A DNA stretch of 64,000 bases from Octopus sinensis (taxonomy: Eukaryota): NCBI RefSeq assembly GCF_006345805.1, contig NC_043000.1, positions 117,924,001-117,988,000 of the forward strand, read 5' to 3'. A program made the position numbers and the translations under genes. This document shows positions 52,228-64,000 of the stretch, piece by piece (within the stretch, counting starts at the first letter, position 1; each line of letters starts with the position of its first letter). The notes beneath the pieces were generated by a model that saw only the letters and a list, made by a program, of their open reading frames with translations, was not told where the DNA came from and searched no databases.

Positions 52228-53621
52228 CTTAGATAAACTTAGATATGTTCGACCAAACATTGGTCCAGGCCATGTCTAACTTAATAGCACCACCTGATAG
52301 GATTATTTGAATCCTGTTTAAGTCAAGTTTTGTTTATGGTCCATTCAAGTAGTGATTTTTTGTTGGGTGAGTTGTATCCAATTATGGGTGGCTTATCTGG
52401 TATTCTTTGAAGGAATCTATCCAGACTCCGTTTAAAGTTGATGGGATCCTTTTCCTCTTTGATCTCTTTCGGGACAATGTTGAATAGGGCAGGGCCTGTT
52501 GAGGAAAAGAAATTATGTTGCAGTGTACATGTATGCTGTGATCTTGAATTGGGCAGTGGACGTATGGCCCGTGGTCCCAGTCTTGGGTGAACCTTGAAGC
52601 TAATGTTCAGGTCGTTTGGGCAAAGTTGGCGGTATATTCTCCACATCGTACAAATGATGCACCGCTCACGGCGACGCTGGAGAGAGTAGAGTTTCAAGGC
52701 TTTAAGGCGATCCCAATAATCGAGAGCAGCCATGCCTTCAATTCGTTTAGTGAGTGCCCTCTGGGGTGATTCAATCCTGGAGATGTTTTGTCTTGTATGG
52801 GGAGACCACAGTGGGCAGCAGTATTCGAGGTGTGTCCGTACAAAGGAGGAGAAAAGTGGTATGATGACACCTTGTTCTCTGGACCGGAAAGTTCTTAAGA
52901 TCCAGGAACTCATCCTACGAGCTATATCGACCTTCTTGTTGATGTGTGCACTCCAACTGAGATCGTCATCAACAATTACACCCAGGTCTCTGATATTGTT
53001 AGAGGCTGTGAGCGGTTCCCCTGAAGGAAGGGAGTATGGCTGTTTTAGTGAGGAATTTCTTCCAAAATGCATCAGTTCAAATTTTCCCTCGTTCAGTTGC
53101 ATTTTGCTTCTGTCTGCCCATTGACTCACAGCATATAGATCAGACTGGAGTTGAGTTCGGTCTGCTTCTTCATTGACGATTTGCTGGAGCTTAGTGTCAT
53201 CAGCAAATATTTTCACTTTGCAGTAATAAATGACACTGGCAAGGTCGTTTATGTAAATTATGAAGAGTAGCGGACCCAAGACAGTCCCCTGGGGGACACC
53301 GCTGGTGACTTTTGCTGGGCTTGAGTGGACTCCATCAACTATAACATGTTGTGTTCTATTCGCCAGGAAATACTTAATCCAGTGTAGAACTTTTCCACGG
53401 ATTCCAACATTTACCAATTTTGAGAGTAGGATATTATGGTCTACCCTGTCGAACGCTTTACTGAAGTCAAGATATATGACATCAGAGTTCGAACCTGTTC
53501 CCAAGGCTTTGAGTACATCTTCAATGTGGTTTAGACAGTCCCTGCCACAGCGAAAGCCATGCTGATTTGCATTTAGGAGTTTGTGGGTCTCCAGGAAGTC
53601 AGCTATCCTTGATCTTAACAC
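52226..53621 (-). mobile_element. 5'-truncated CR1-group LINE: RT domain, 3' UTR and (TATCTAAGTT)2 tail
   Basis: Open frame of 432 codons with QHGFR, YLDFSKAFDRV, SGVPQGTVLGPLLF, FADD and DLGV motifs; no initiator ATG or endonuclease; both ends lie in microsatellites. Confidence 0.92.
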
Positions 53622-53654
53622 TTACATATATATACACATATATATATATATATG

Positions 53655-53694
<40 letters not shown>

Positions 53695-53716
53695 CGTACA
53701 TATATATATATATATA

Positions 53717-53752
<36 letters not shown>

Positions 53753-53822
53753 TATATAATTTTTTTTCAGAATGAAAAAAAAAACAAGGCTGTGAAGATT
53801 TTAGAGCATTTATAAATAGAAG

Positions 53823-53870
53823 GTCTTACAGCTGTTTCCAGGATATTTATTATATCCCTTCATCGGAGAC
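53823..53870 (-). ncRNA. Minimal type I hammerhead motif (CCGATGA core) in a Penelope-like end
   Basis: Minus GTCT-CCGATGA-AG GGATAT aataa ATATCC TG-GAAAC-AGCT-GTA-AGAC; stem I GTCT/AGAC; palindromic AGCT loop. Confidence 0.75.
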
Positions 53871-53916
53871 GGTGTGAGAAAATGGTTAAACAATAGTTAA
53901 TTTAGATAAGATACGA

Positions 53917-54210
53917 AATAGAGAGTGAAGTAGTGGAATGAAAATAGATGAGAGATATGCAGGGATATTGCCTTTGTAGATCTATTATTTAGGCAGAATG
54001 GTATACATATAAGATTCCAATACCTTGTGAGTAAAATCCAATGGTATCTAAAATTGGTCATTCCAAGTATAAAGTTTGTACACAGTGGATTTTTACTCAC
54101 AAGGTATTGGAATCTTATATGCATACCATTCTGCCTAAATAATGGATCTACAAATGCAATATCTCTTCATATCTCACATCTATTTTCATTCCTCCACCTC
54201 ACTCTCTATT
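53917..54210. repeat. Long fold-back inverted repeat
   Basis: ~125-bp arms 53917-54040 and 54086-54210 with a 45-nt spacer. Confidence 0.9.
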
Positions 54211-55439
54211 ACATTCTTTTGGGGTGTCGATAAATTAAGTACCAGTTGAATATTGAGGTCAATACAACCGACTTGCAACCTCCCCACAGTTTGCTTGCCT
54301 TTTACCAAAATTTTTGAAACCAACGTATACGAACATATTCACAACATGGTCAGCGAATTAGGAGAGTTGTTATAGGGTCGGCTGGCTAGGTTACCATATG
54401 GTATTCCAGCTTTTTGAACTCTGAGTGTAAGCCATGGATTGAGAACGGAATTAACAGTAAAGTAATTGGTAGATTCCCCTTGTTTTCTCTCTCTCCTTTC
54501 CTCTCTCCCATCTTTCTGAATCAGTTGCCTTGCGTCACGAGAATGGTCATTGGAGATTATTTTACAGTAACCCTTTCTCCACTAAGGAAGAATATTTGAT
54601 GCGAAAGCTAATAATTTCTTCTCGGAGATAAAAGAAAATGTGGTGCCGGAGCCGTAATTATGTATGTATAGTGCAACACGGAAAGGAAAATTATATGAAA
54701 CTAGGAAGATACAATTTATGTAATATATGTGTTAACATCTCTCCTCCTCCTCCTCCTCCTCCTCCTCCTCTCTCTCTCTCTCTCTCACTCTCTCCCTCTT
54801 TCCCTGTCTATCTGTCTGTTTCTCACCCTCTCTTTTCTCTCTCTTTATCTCTTTCCATATCTATCTTTCTTAAAATTTATCCTCCTTTTCTTTCACATTA
54901 TCCTTCTATTTGTATATATGTATATATGCATACAATGGCAATAAAACAACAGTAGAATGTAAAGAATATTTTATGTAAAGTAAAAAAGAATGTCAAGGTC
55001 ATTTATAATAACCATAATTTTATTATTATCGTTTTCTGAATCACTTTCACACGCGCTAAACTGGTACACCCCATCACTTGTAGACGCGATCACCGATTCA
55101 CAAGTACTCGTAGACGGACTTGTAGACTTCTTTTTTTAAAAAAACAGTCTAGAGTTGTTTGCTTAGAAGAAGCATTGTTTTCGCATTCTATAAATTTCTC
55201 AGTAACGCGCACATGCATTTGTTATGGTAGTAGAAACTGGTACTTCGTTCAAAATTTAGATCTTGTGTTTACATCATTCAGCTCACTATACAAAGTGAGC
55301 TGAAAAATAAAACTCGTGAACACGGAGTCTTGTAAGGTATAACTCTGTATATATATATATAAATTCTCTACCTGGACGGGACGCCGGTCCTTCGCAAGAT
55401 TACTCATTTTTGCCATATATATATATATATATATATACA

Positions 55440-55958
55440 CGCATAACAACTTATGCAGAAGTTGTTGTGAGAGATTGACAACTAGCCAGCAGTCTATGTC
55501 TGTTTGTGTATATATATATATGAGTTATCAGACGATGTGCAGATCAGTTACGGTTCTGCTCAGTCCATTATCACTGAAGGATTTGGGTTTGAGACGCATG
55601 TCTGCCAAGTTTGTGACAAAACTGCTTTCAGCTGACCAAGAAGACACTCGGGTTTCAATTGCACAAGATCCCCCTTGATTGTGTCGAGAACGATGAAAAC
55701 GTCTTGAAAACTTTGCGTAGGCTTCTGACCAGATGTTGCTAAAATGTGATGCAGTTTCTCTGATCATCTTTGTCTGTAATGGTCAATGCGACGATCACAC
55801 GCTATACACTTTCCTTCCAAGCACTGATGTAAACAGCGGAAGTAAGCTAGAACGTTAAAACTTAGTGCACATGCACTGCAAAGTGTATGGTCAATCTGTG
55901 CATGCTTTAGCTTCGTTACTATGGCAACATTCCGGGTACTTATTGATCAGACCACGTA
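55440..55958. mobile_element. Rearranged mariner relic (internal part plus, 5' end minus)
   Basis: Plus DDVQISYGSAQSII...LGLRRMSAKFVTKLLSADQ...; minus-strand N-terminus DQRNCITF...SEAYAK; TIR-like ATTCCGGGTACTTATTGATCAGACCACGTA at 55929-55958. Confidence 0.7.
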
Positions 55959-56066
55959 TATGTGTGTGTGTGTGTATGTGTGTGTGTGTATGTGTGTGTG
56001 TGTGTTTGTACATATAAATCCTTCCATCCATTCATACATACATATATACAAAGAGAGAGAGAGAGA

Positions 56067-56104
<38 letters not shown>

Positions 56105-56507
56105 CAAATAGGCAGACACCCATACCCATAGAGAAACAGTGAACAAATGCGTAGACATTGAAGCTGATATATGTATATTTATAATGTTTGTATAATAAAG
56201 TGACAAAGGCAAGTTAGAGAAATAAATAATGATAGTTTTAAAGAGGTTGCAGTTTGATGAAAGAGCGACACGTTGAAAATCAGAAGATGGCAAGTAAAAT
56301 TAATGGCGTATTTTTAATTTTCATCCAGCTGTGGGCAGTACAAACAAAAACTTACTACATTTTGGGTAATTACATTACAAATGAATGAAGAGAATAGATT
56401 GTGGGGGAAAACTACGGGGAATGTTGCTTGCACTTCTTCTTTTACCTCTCTGTCTCGTGTTCTTCACTTCTCTGTACACACAAATATGGTTGTGTGTGTG
56501 TGTGTGC

Positions 56508-56561
<54 letters not shown>

Positions 56562-56586
56562 CAATATATATATATATATATATACG

Positions 56587-56857
56587 AATTTTGCGTAATG
56601 CGATAAAAAAACCAAGGCTGTATAAATATTAGAGCATTTATAGATAGAAGGTCTTACGGCTGTTTCTAGGATATTAATTAATAATATCCCTTCATCGGAG
56701 ACTGTGTAACTAACTATGACTTAATTTTTCCTCTCACACCGTTTCCGATGAAGGGATATTATTAATTAATATCCTAGAAACAGCTGTTAGACCTTCTATC
56801 TATAAATGCTCTAATATCTATACAGCCTTGGTTGTTTATCTCATTACGCAAAAAATT
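56587..56857. repeat. Fold-back inverted repeat with two hammerhead motifs (56651-56702 minus, 56741-56792 plus)
   Basis: ~116-bp arms with ~38-nt spacer; both arms GT(C/T)T-CCGATGA-A GGGATATT...AATATCC TA-GAAAC-AGC(C/T)-GT(A/T)-AGAC; same family as 53823-53870. Confidence 0.9.
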
Positions 56858-56936
56858 GGTATATACACCCGCTGACATAAAACCAACGTTGAACCCTTTA
56901 TTCGCATATTACCAGACCTGGAACTTAACTATGGTC

Positions 56937-56977
<41 letters not shown>

Positions 56978-57093
56978 TTATATATATATATATATACGAC
57001 AGGCTTCTTTCAGTTTCCGTCTACCAAATCCACTCCCAGTGTGACTGAACCCGGAACCATATGGTTCGTAAGCAAGCTACTTACCACACAGCC

Positions 57094-57193
<100 letters not shown>

Positions 57194-57540
57194 GTTGATA
57201 GATAAATGTATATTAAGATCTGTTCTATAGTCGTGACTTAGAATGGCATTTATGTTGTCACAAAAGGAGCCATTAAAGAAAGGAGCCACCAAATAAATGA
57301 GCCAATCATTACAAATAGCAGTAATTAGTAAAAACCACTGCCATTCCTACAAATTATTTACTAAGTCATGAAGTAATGCAAGCAAGAATACAGCGTTAGA
57401 AATGCATTAAACACCTATTACAAATAGATTCGTAATAATAATTATGGATAACTAATACATGCTAATTATGGATAATTAAACCGTTAATGAAAAAGTTATT
57501 ATTAATAACATACTACATAAATATTAAAATCAAAAACCTT

Positions 57541-57825
57541 GAGTGGCTGTGTGGTAAGTGGCTTGTTTACCAAGCACATGGTTCCGGGTTCAGTCCCATT
57601 GCGTGGCACCTTGGACAAGTGTCTTCTACTACAGCCTCGGGCCGACCAAAGCCTTGTGAGTGGATTTGGTAGACAGAAACTGAAAGAAGCCCGTCGTATA
57701 TATGCTCAACCTCGAAAGGATGAAAAGCAAGCTCGACCAAGGCGGCATTTGAACTCAGAACGTAAAGTCGGACGAAATGTCGCTAAGCATTTTGTCCAGC
57801 GTGCTAACGTTTCTGCCAGCTCGCA
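57541..57825. mobile_element. SINE-B 5' half (plus) abutting a SINE-A 5' fragment (minus)
   Basis: Family B head to 57700, then reverse-oriented A core and head. Confidence 0.7.
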
Positions 57826-57861
57826 TTATATATATATGCATATGCAAATAGTTATAATATG

Positions 57862-57919
<58 letters not shown>

Positions 57920-58252
57920 TATATATATTATATTATATTATATTATATTATATTTATTATATTATATTATATCATACTATATTATATATATATGTATGTA
58001 TAAAATACAAAATGGGACAAGAACGCAAAACATCCGGACAACTAGGTGATACAAAAAGGGACAACAAAACATTCAGAGAGACGATTCAAAAAAACAAGGA
58101 CGGGTGATTCGAAGCCTTTTATCCTCATTCAAGAACCGGATCATCTTCGCAATTTCGGCAGATTAATCTTGAGGTTGCTCCAATCTGGTCAGCCCCAAGG
58201 AAAAACTAAGCCAAGAGGATTAGATTCCTTGGAAAAAAGTATCGAATGTATA

Positions 58253-58296
<44 letters not shown>

Positions 58297-58857
58297 TATT
58301 ATGTATATATTTATAAAAGTGTGTGTATTTGAATATTCCTAATATGCTCCTATTTTGGGAACTGTATATCTACATTAATTAATCGTTACATAAACTTAGT
58401 TTTACATTTATAAACAAGCATATGCCTTACCAACACATTTAGTCTACACATATACAAGCGCATAAAACAATATAGGCAATTATTTTCTCGTGAACATATG
58501 TGTATGCGTGTGTGTAGGCATGTACGTATGTAGAATATAAAAATGTGTATTATTTTAAGTAATAATAATGTATCTAAATACCTAGAGACGTTATAATAAT
58601 ATATAAGCCACATCTGGGTTACATGAAAGTTAGGAATTAGCCCTAGTCCTCTCTCATATTGCATTATCTATACACTAGGCATTGTATAAATGGATAAATA
58701 CAGAATGTTATGTAAACAATGCGGAAACAAGAATCCAAAATTTTTGCGTCCATACACATTTAAATATTGGTATGCCAAGGTAAACACACACATATATGTG
58801 TATCTACGTAAATGTTCTATCCATAATATAAATATAATGTGAGTGTGTTGGGTTTGT

Positions 58858-58911
<54 letters not shown>

Positions 58912-59338
58912 TATAATATATGATATGTATATGTATGTAGTATGTGTATGTATGTATGTATGTATGTATGTAGTATGTTTTGTATGTCCAGGCAGAAAGA
59001 GCGATAAATAGATATTTGTGTCACAGAAGAAAGAAAAGGCATCTAATACATATTGTAGAATGTAAAGCATTGTACTTCGCTTGAATCATTGTAGTTCAGA
59101 GGTAGAATATGAAATGAAATGAGGAATGGGGTGGTCTTCTAACAGTGAAGAAAGTTTTAAAAAGAAGCCATTATATTTTGGGTGCAAATGCGAAACTTCA
59201 GAAGGATACGATTAAAGAAATGTGCCATTTTGGGTAAGCCGAATGGGCAAGTGACCCCAAATTAGTCCGATGCTTGTCCTAGTAGCTACAGCTCCCCAAA
59301 TGGGGATCTATGTAAATACATGTCCCTTTGACTGTATT

Positions 59339-59374
59339 CTTCTGAAGAGAGGCCTTTGCGCTCGAAATATAAAG
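59339..59374 (+). ncRNA. Minimal hammerhead-like motif
   Basis: CTT-CTGAAGA-GAG gcctttgcg CTC-GAAA-TAT-A-AAG; stem I CTT/AAG; palindromic ATAT stem III. Confidence 0.5.
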
Positions 59375-59697
59375 GCTGTTTTAAAAAACTTTCTTCAGTG
59401 TTAGACCAACTGTGTATGTGTATGAATACTACTACTAATAATAATAATAGTGCATGCAGATTTATTAATATGAGAAAGGTCAGTGAAAGAGAATGAAGGA
59501 AGAGGCGAGTGAACATAGCAAAGACATTTTCGGGTATAAAAGAACTTTAGCGCAGAGGGCTCAATAAAATTTAAATTAAAGAAGCTTTTTGAAAACTAAA
59601 TATCTCCGTAAAAAATAAACAGGTCTTTTCATTAATCTGTACAATGTATATGAGTGTGTATTTATATATATACAAACATAGATGTGCGTGTGTGCGT

Positions 59698-59756
<59 letters not shown>

Positions 59757-59979
59757 GTGTGTGTGTTTGAGTGTGTGTGTGCGTTTATGAGTGTGTATGT
59801 ATACATATATAACCAGCAATAAGTTATATAAATGATATAAGTGAGTGAACAAAGGATGAAGATAGTGGCATGCACGAATCTCTCAGGTTTGAGACACGCA
59901 ACTTTACAAGCCTGATTATATGTACATATGTATATATATATATATATTATATATAATAATATATATATGTGTGTGGTGG

Positions 59980-60026
<47 letters not shown>

Positions 60027-60028
60027 TG

Positions 60029-60388
60029 GGCTGTGTGGTAAGTAGCTTGTTACCAACCCATGGTTCCGGGTCCAGTCCCACTGCGTGGCACCTTGGGCAA
60101 GTGCTTCTACTGTAGCACGGGGCCGACCAAAGCCTTGTGAGTGGATTTGGTAGACGGAAACTGAAAGAAGTCCGTCGTATATATGTATATATGTGTGTGT
60201 GTGTGTGTGTGTTTATGTGTGTCTGTGTTTGTCCCCCTAGCATTGCTTGACAACCGATGCTGGTGTGTTTATGTCCCCGTTACTTAGCGGTTCGGCAAAA
60301 GAGAACGATAGAATAAGTACTGGGCTTACAAAAGAATAAGTCCCGAGATCGAGTTGCTCGATTAAAGGCGGTGCTCCAGTAAAAGAGT
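60029..60388 (+). mobile_element. SINE-B
   Basis: Family B head, core, internal microsatellite and 3' part. Confidence 0.85.
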
Positions 60389-60547
60389 ATATACACACAC
60401 ATATACATACTCAACTCAAGATGCCACACAAAACGGAACCATATAGTTGGGAATCAAAGTTCTTACCACTCAGTAACGCCTGCACCCATGCTATATATTG
60501 GCCTCAACGCACAGCTGAATATCGAACTGTCTCACCATAAATTTTTT

Positions 60548-60551
60548 AAAA
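60548..60551 (-). terminator. Pol III terminator (TTTT) of tRNA-Gly
   Basis: T4 run 15 nt downstream of the tRNA 3' end on the minus strand. Confidence 0.6.
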
Positions 60552-60565
60552 CAATGTTAATAACA

Positions 60566-60637
60566 TGCGTCGGCCGGGAGTCGAACCCGAATCGACTGCT
60601 TGGAAGGCAACCATGCTAACCGTTACACCACCGACGC
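60566..60637 (-). tRNA. tRNA-Gly(TCC): tRNA-Gly, anticodon TCC
   Basis: GCGTCGGTGGTGTAACGGTTAGCATGGTTGCCTTCCAAGCAGTCGATTCGGGTTCGACTCCCGGCCGACGCA; 72 nt, 7-bp acceptor stem, anticodon loop CTTCCAA, T loop TTCGACT, no encoded CCA. Confidence 0.95.
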
Positions 60638-61204
60638 TGCTACGCTTCTATAGATTTCTATAGTACAATTTATCTGGCAACTGGAAGTATATCGCTGAAG
60701 TCAACAGTGATCAGTTTACTAGCATTGTGTTGTTCACTGACATAGATGAGTGGAAAATTTACACATTAAAACATTACAATAAAAAATCTTTACTTTCAAA
60801 CATATATACATACATACATACATATATATATGGTATAGTATTTGTTCCGTTAGAAAAGCAACAGAATGATAATTAGCTCTTTGGCAGCTTGTAATTAACG
60901 GCGCTAATTATTTACTAAATACAATATTACTTAAATGTGTCGATAAATCGATAAATTGGGTTATTTGTAGAAGATCGAATCAAATGCCTTTATCTGGCTG
61001 ATCAAGGTCAAATAATTCTCGTTGTTGTGTTGCGCAGCATATCGTCTCCATGTCACTGGACATAGGGAGCAGTTGGGGCGGGGTGGGAGAGCATTAGTGA
61101 AAAAAAAAAGGGAAAGTGAACTGGCTTAATTGGAAATTGAAACAGGATTATGCTTACTACTACCACTGTAACACATAAACAAATACATACATAATATATA
61201 TATA

Positions 61205-61250
<46 letters not shown>

Positions 61251-61382
61251 AACATATATGTATATATATATATATGTATATATATATGTATATATATATG
61301 TATATATATATATATATATAAATGTATATATATACACCTATTTATTTTTATCTATCTATATATGCACACACCCATTTGTTTT

Positions 61383-61429
<47 letters not shown>

Positions 61430-61500
61430 ATACATATACATATATATATATATAATATATATATATATATACATACATACATATTGATATACAGACACAT

Positions 61501-61557
<57 letters not shown>

Positions 61558-63184
61558 CGTATATATGAATGTACACTTGCATAGATACATACATGCATCC
61601 ACATGCATGCATGCATACAGTAGAGAGAGAGAGAGAGCAAAAGATAGAAAGAGAGAAGAAGAGAAGGAGAAAAGGAGTGTGTGTCTGTATGTGTGTGTCT
61701 GTATATGTGTGTGTATGTGAATATGTGTGTGTTCTTAATGTAGTCAATTTGCCTTCTGTAAATTCATTTGTGAGAAATGACACGTAAAATAGTGACTGCT
61801 ATATTAGTTGAACATAAACAAATAAGCATGGGAATGGAAGTGCATGTCAGAGCATTGACGAGGGGCATTAGTGTTTAAGTTGATAAGAAAAAAAGAGGAC
61901 AATATCTTGCTTATACGAAATAAATATCATACTTTTTAAAGTTTATAGAAATGCGATATAAGCACCGCACTTCAGACAAGATGAGTCAAAGAAGGGGCTG
62001 AGTAAAAGTCTCAATATTTTCCTTTTTTCCTTTCTTCTTTTTTTTTTTGATTTTTTTTTTTGTAGAGAGAGAGAGAGAGGGGGGTGAGAAAAGGAAAGAG
62101 ATCAAAATAAGGTAAAAGATCTTTCGTATCCCGAGAGATTCACACGTTTTAATGAATAGCTGCTCTATGCCCCTTGAAAATGGGTAATATAAATCAAACA
62201 TTTAAGATTATAACGGTGACTAGATCTTAAAACATTATTTATGTTTAACCTTAGCGAACTTGACTACTTACTAAATTATAAATACTGATATCAGTTTTCA
62301 AATCAACCCCGCTTTTTTTTTTAGTTCGTCCCTTTTTCTTGTTTTTGCTTTCGTTTTTGCTTTGCATATCTTCATAAAAATTACGCATGTAATTGTTGTT
62401 TAGTCCCAGGTTAGTTATGATCAGAGCCATAGAAGTTTCAATGAGGGTCCTACGCAGTACCAGTTGAAAAATGCCGGCAAATTGGGAAATCCCCGAGGTC
62501 CCCGTCTTAAAGGACGCTCCGTGCTTTGGGATGCCATATCATGTTTGGGTTGTTCAATATGCAAGGAAGAAAATGTGAAAATAATAAATAGATTAATCAT
62601 TTTAATATCACATTTGATAAATTGTAATAAATACTTTCCTTCAAAATTTACCGTTTTTTTTTTTTACTTATTTTCAGAATATTTTGAAATTTATTTTCAA
62701 GAATGTAAAAATCTCACTTTTCCAGGGCACCTACAACCTTAGAACTGCTACGTAAATGATCATATTTTCGAACAATCTTTATAAGAAAAACAGCCCACTC
62801 CCTTGGATCTTAAGAGGAAATTTCCCCCACCCTCTATCAAGACTTGAACGTAGTCTTCTTCCGCCTTGTAAAATTTTCCTTGGGGATCCTGATCGAAGTC
62901 CACCTAACTGTGATCATAGAGTATTTTCCCACGTATAGTACATTTAGAAGTACATAATTAAATATGTGCTTCATATTTTTAAGGCAGCAAGATAATTTAA
63001 GGGCGATTTGGTTGTTATTTCTAACATATCGGGCAGCCATCTCGAGGTTCCATCTTTGGTTCAAGAGAAAACGACAGGTCCGATAATCCCAAGTTCGATT
63101 TTGGGAAAGAAAAAACCCATTTCTTTTCTCGCAATATTATTGCTTCTTTAGAACATCACAGCTTCAGCGGGATATGACGTTACG

Positions 63185-63657
63185 CACTGGGATCGATATA
63201 ATCGACTTAATCCATTTATCTGTCTTTGTTTGTCCCCTCTGTGTTTAGCCCCTTGTGGGCAATAAAGAAATAAGAAACGTTAGCACGCTAGGTGAAATGC
63301 GTAGCCGTATTTCGTCTGCCGCTACGTTCTCAGTTCAAATTCCGCCGAGGTTGACTTTGCCTTTCATCCTTTCGGGGTTGATAAATTAAGTACCAGTTTC
63401 GCACTGGGTCGATGTAATCGACTTAATCCGTTTATCTGTCCTAGTTTGTCCCCTCTGTGTGTAGTCCCTTGTGAGCAGTAAAGAAATAGGTATTTCGTCT
63501 GCTGTTACGTTCTGAGTTCAAATTCCGCTAAGGCCGACTTTGCCTTTCATCCTTCCGTGGTCGATAAATTAAATATCAGTTGCGTACTGAGGTCGATCTA
63601 ATCGACTGGCCTCCTCCACCAAAATTTCGGGCCTTGTTTCTAGAGTAGAAAAGAATA
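63185..63657 (+). mobile_element. SINE-A concatemer (long-tail modules ending in a short-tail module)
   Basis: Tail, then partial head-core-tail, then GTATTTCGTCTG-core-short tail ending CTAGAGTAGAAAAGAA. Confidence 0.8.
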
Positions 63658-64000
63658 TAATATTTCCTTGAGGTAATGACTGCCAATGAGGTAGTCAATA
63701 CGTGGTTTCTTTACCTGTTAGAAATAGTAGCCAAGATTTCTATAAAATCACTCAATACGGTTTTAAGACGTGACGATTATGTTGTTCAATATATTTGTTT
63801 TAATATTGATTATATCTGAAAATGTGATAGGAAGGAGACTGTTTAAACATCTTTATTCATACATGAATTCTGTTGCGGTTCACCTACGGCAGGTTTTCTC
63901 AATATCTTGTAGCTCAGCCCCTTATTTTACAGAATGTCGTATTTCACTGACGCTCATCTCCCATGTTTTGGACACAAAGCAACAGCAACACAATCACAGA

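Noticed and set aside
58090-58140. TTGAATGAG...GAATC...GTC on minus as a hammerhead
   Set aside because: Core has several deviations and no stem I pairing; at most a decayed Penelope-like end

Overview
AT-rich, microsatellite-dense eukaryotic DNA, inferred from its repeat content to be a cephalopod (Octopus-like) genome. I found no convincing host protein-coding exon and no CRISPR or prokaryotic features; nearly all ORF-track entries are microsatellite or SINE artefacts. Supported content: an apparently intact tRNA-Gly(TCC) (60566-60637, minus); a decayed 5S rRNA-like copy; four tRNA-derived SINE families (my labels A-D); a near full-length decayed Chapaev3-like transposon; mariner/Tc1 relics; a small MITE; a Helentron-like element; and non-LTR fragments (CR1-type RT with a 432-codon open frame, several RTE pieces, an R4/Dong end inside (AAT)n, Penelope pieces). 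Most striking are about ten minimal type I hammerhead ribozyme motifs from several Penelope-like families. Five have a CCGA(T/C)GA core variant, and two pairs sit in fold-back inverted repeats. Also notable: an RTE LINE with a C-terminal run of 5-6 C2H2 zinc fingers, an (AAC)n-tailed retroelement that appears to carry only a Gag-like zinc-knuckle ORF, and concatemeric SINE-A copies inserted as single units. All family assignments are by eye from remembered motifs, not database searches; element boundaries are approximate unless motif coordinates are given.
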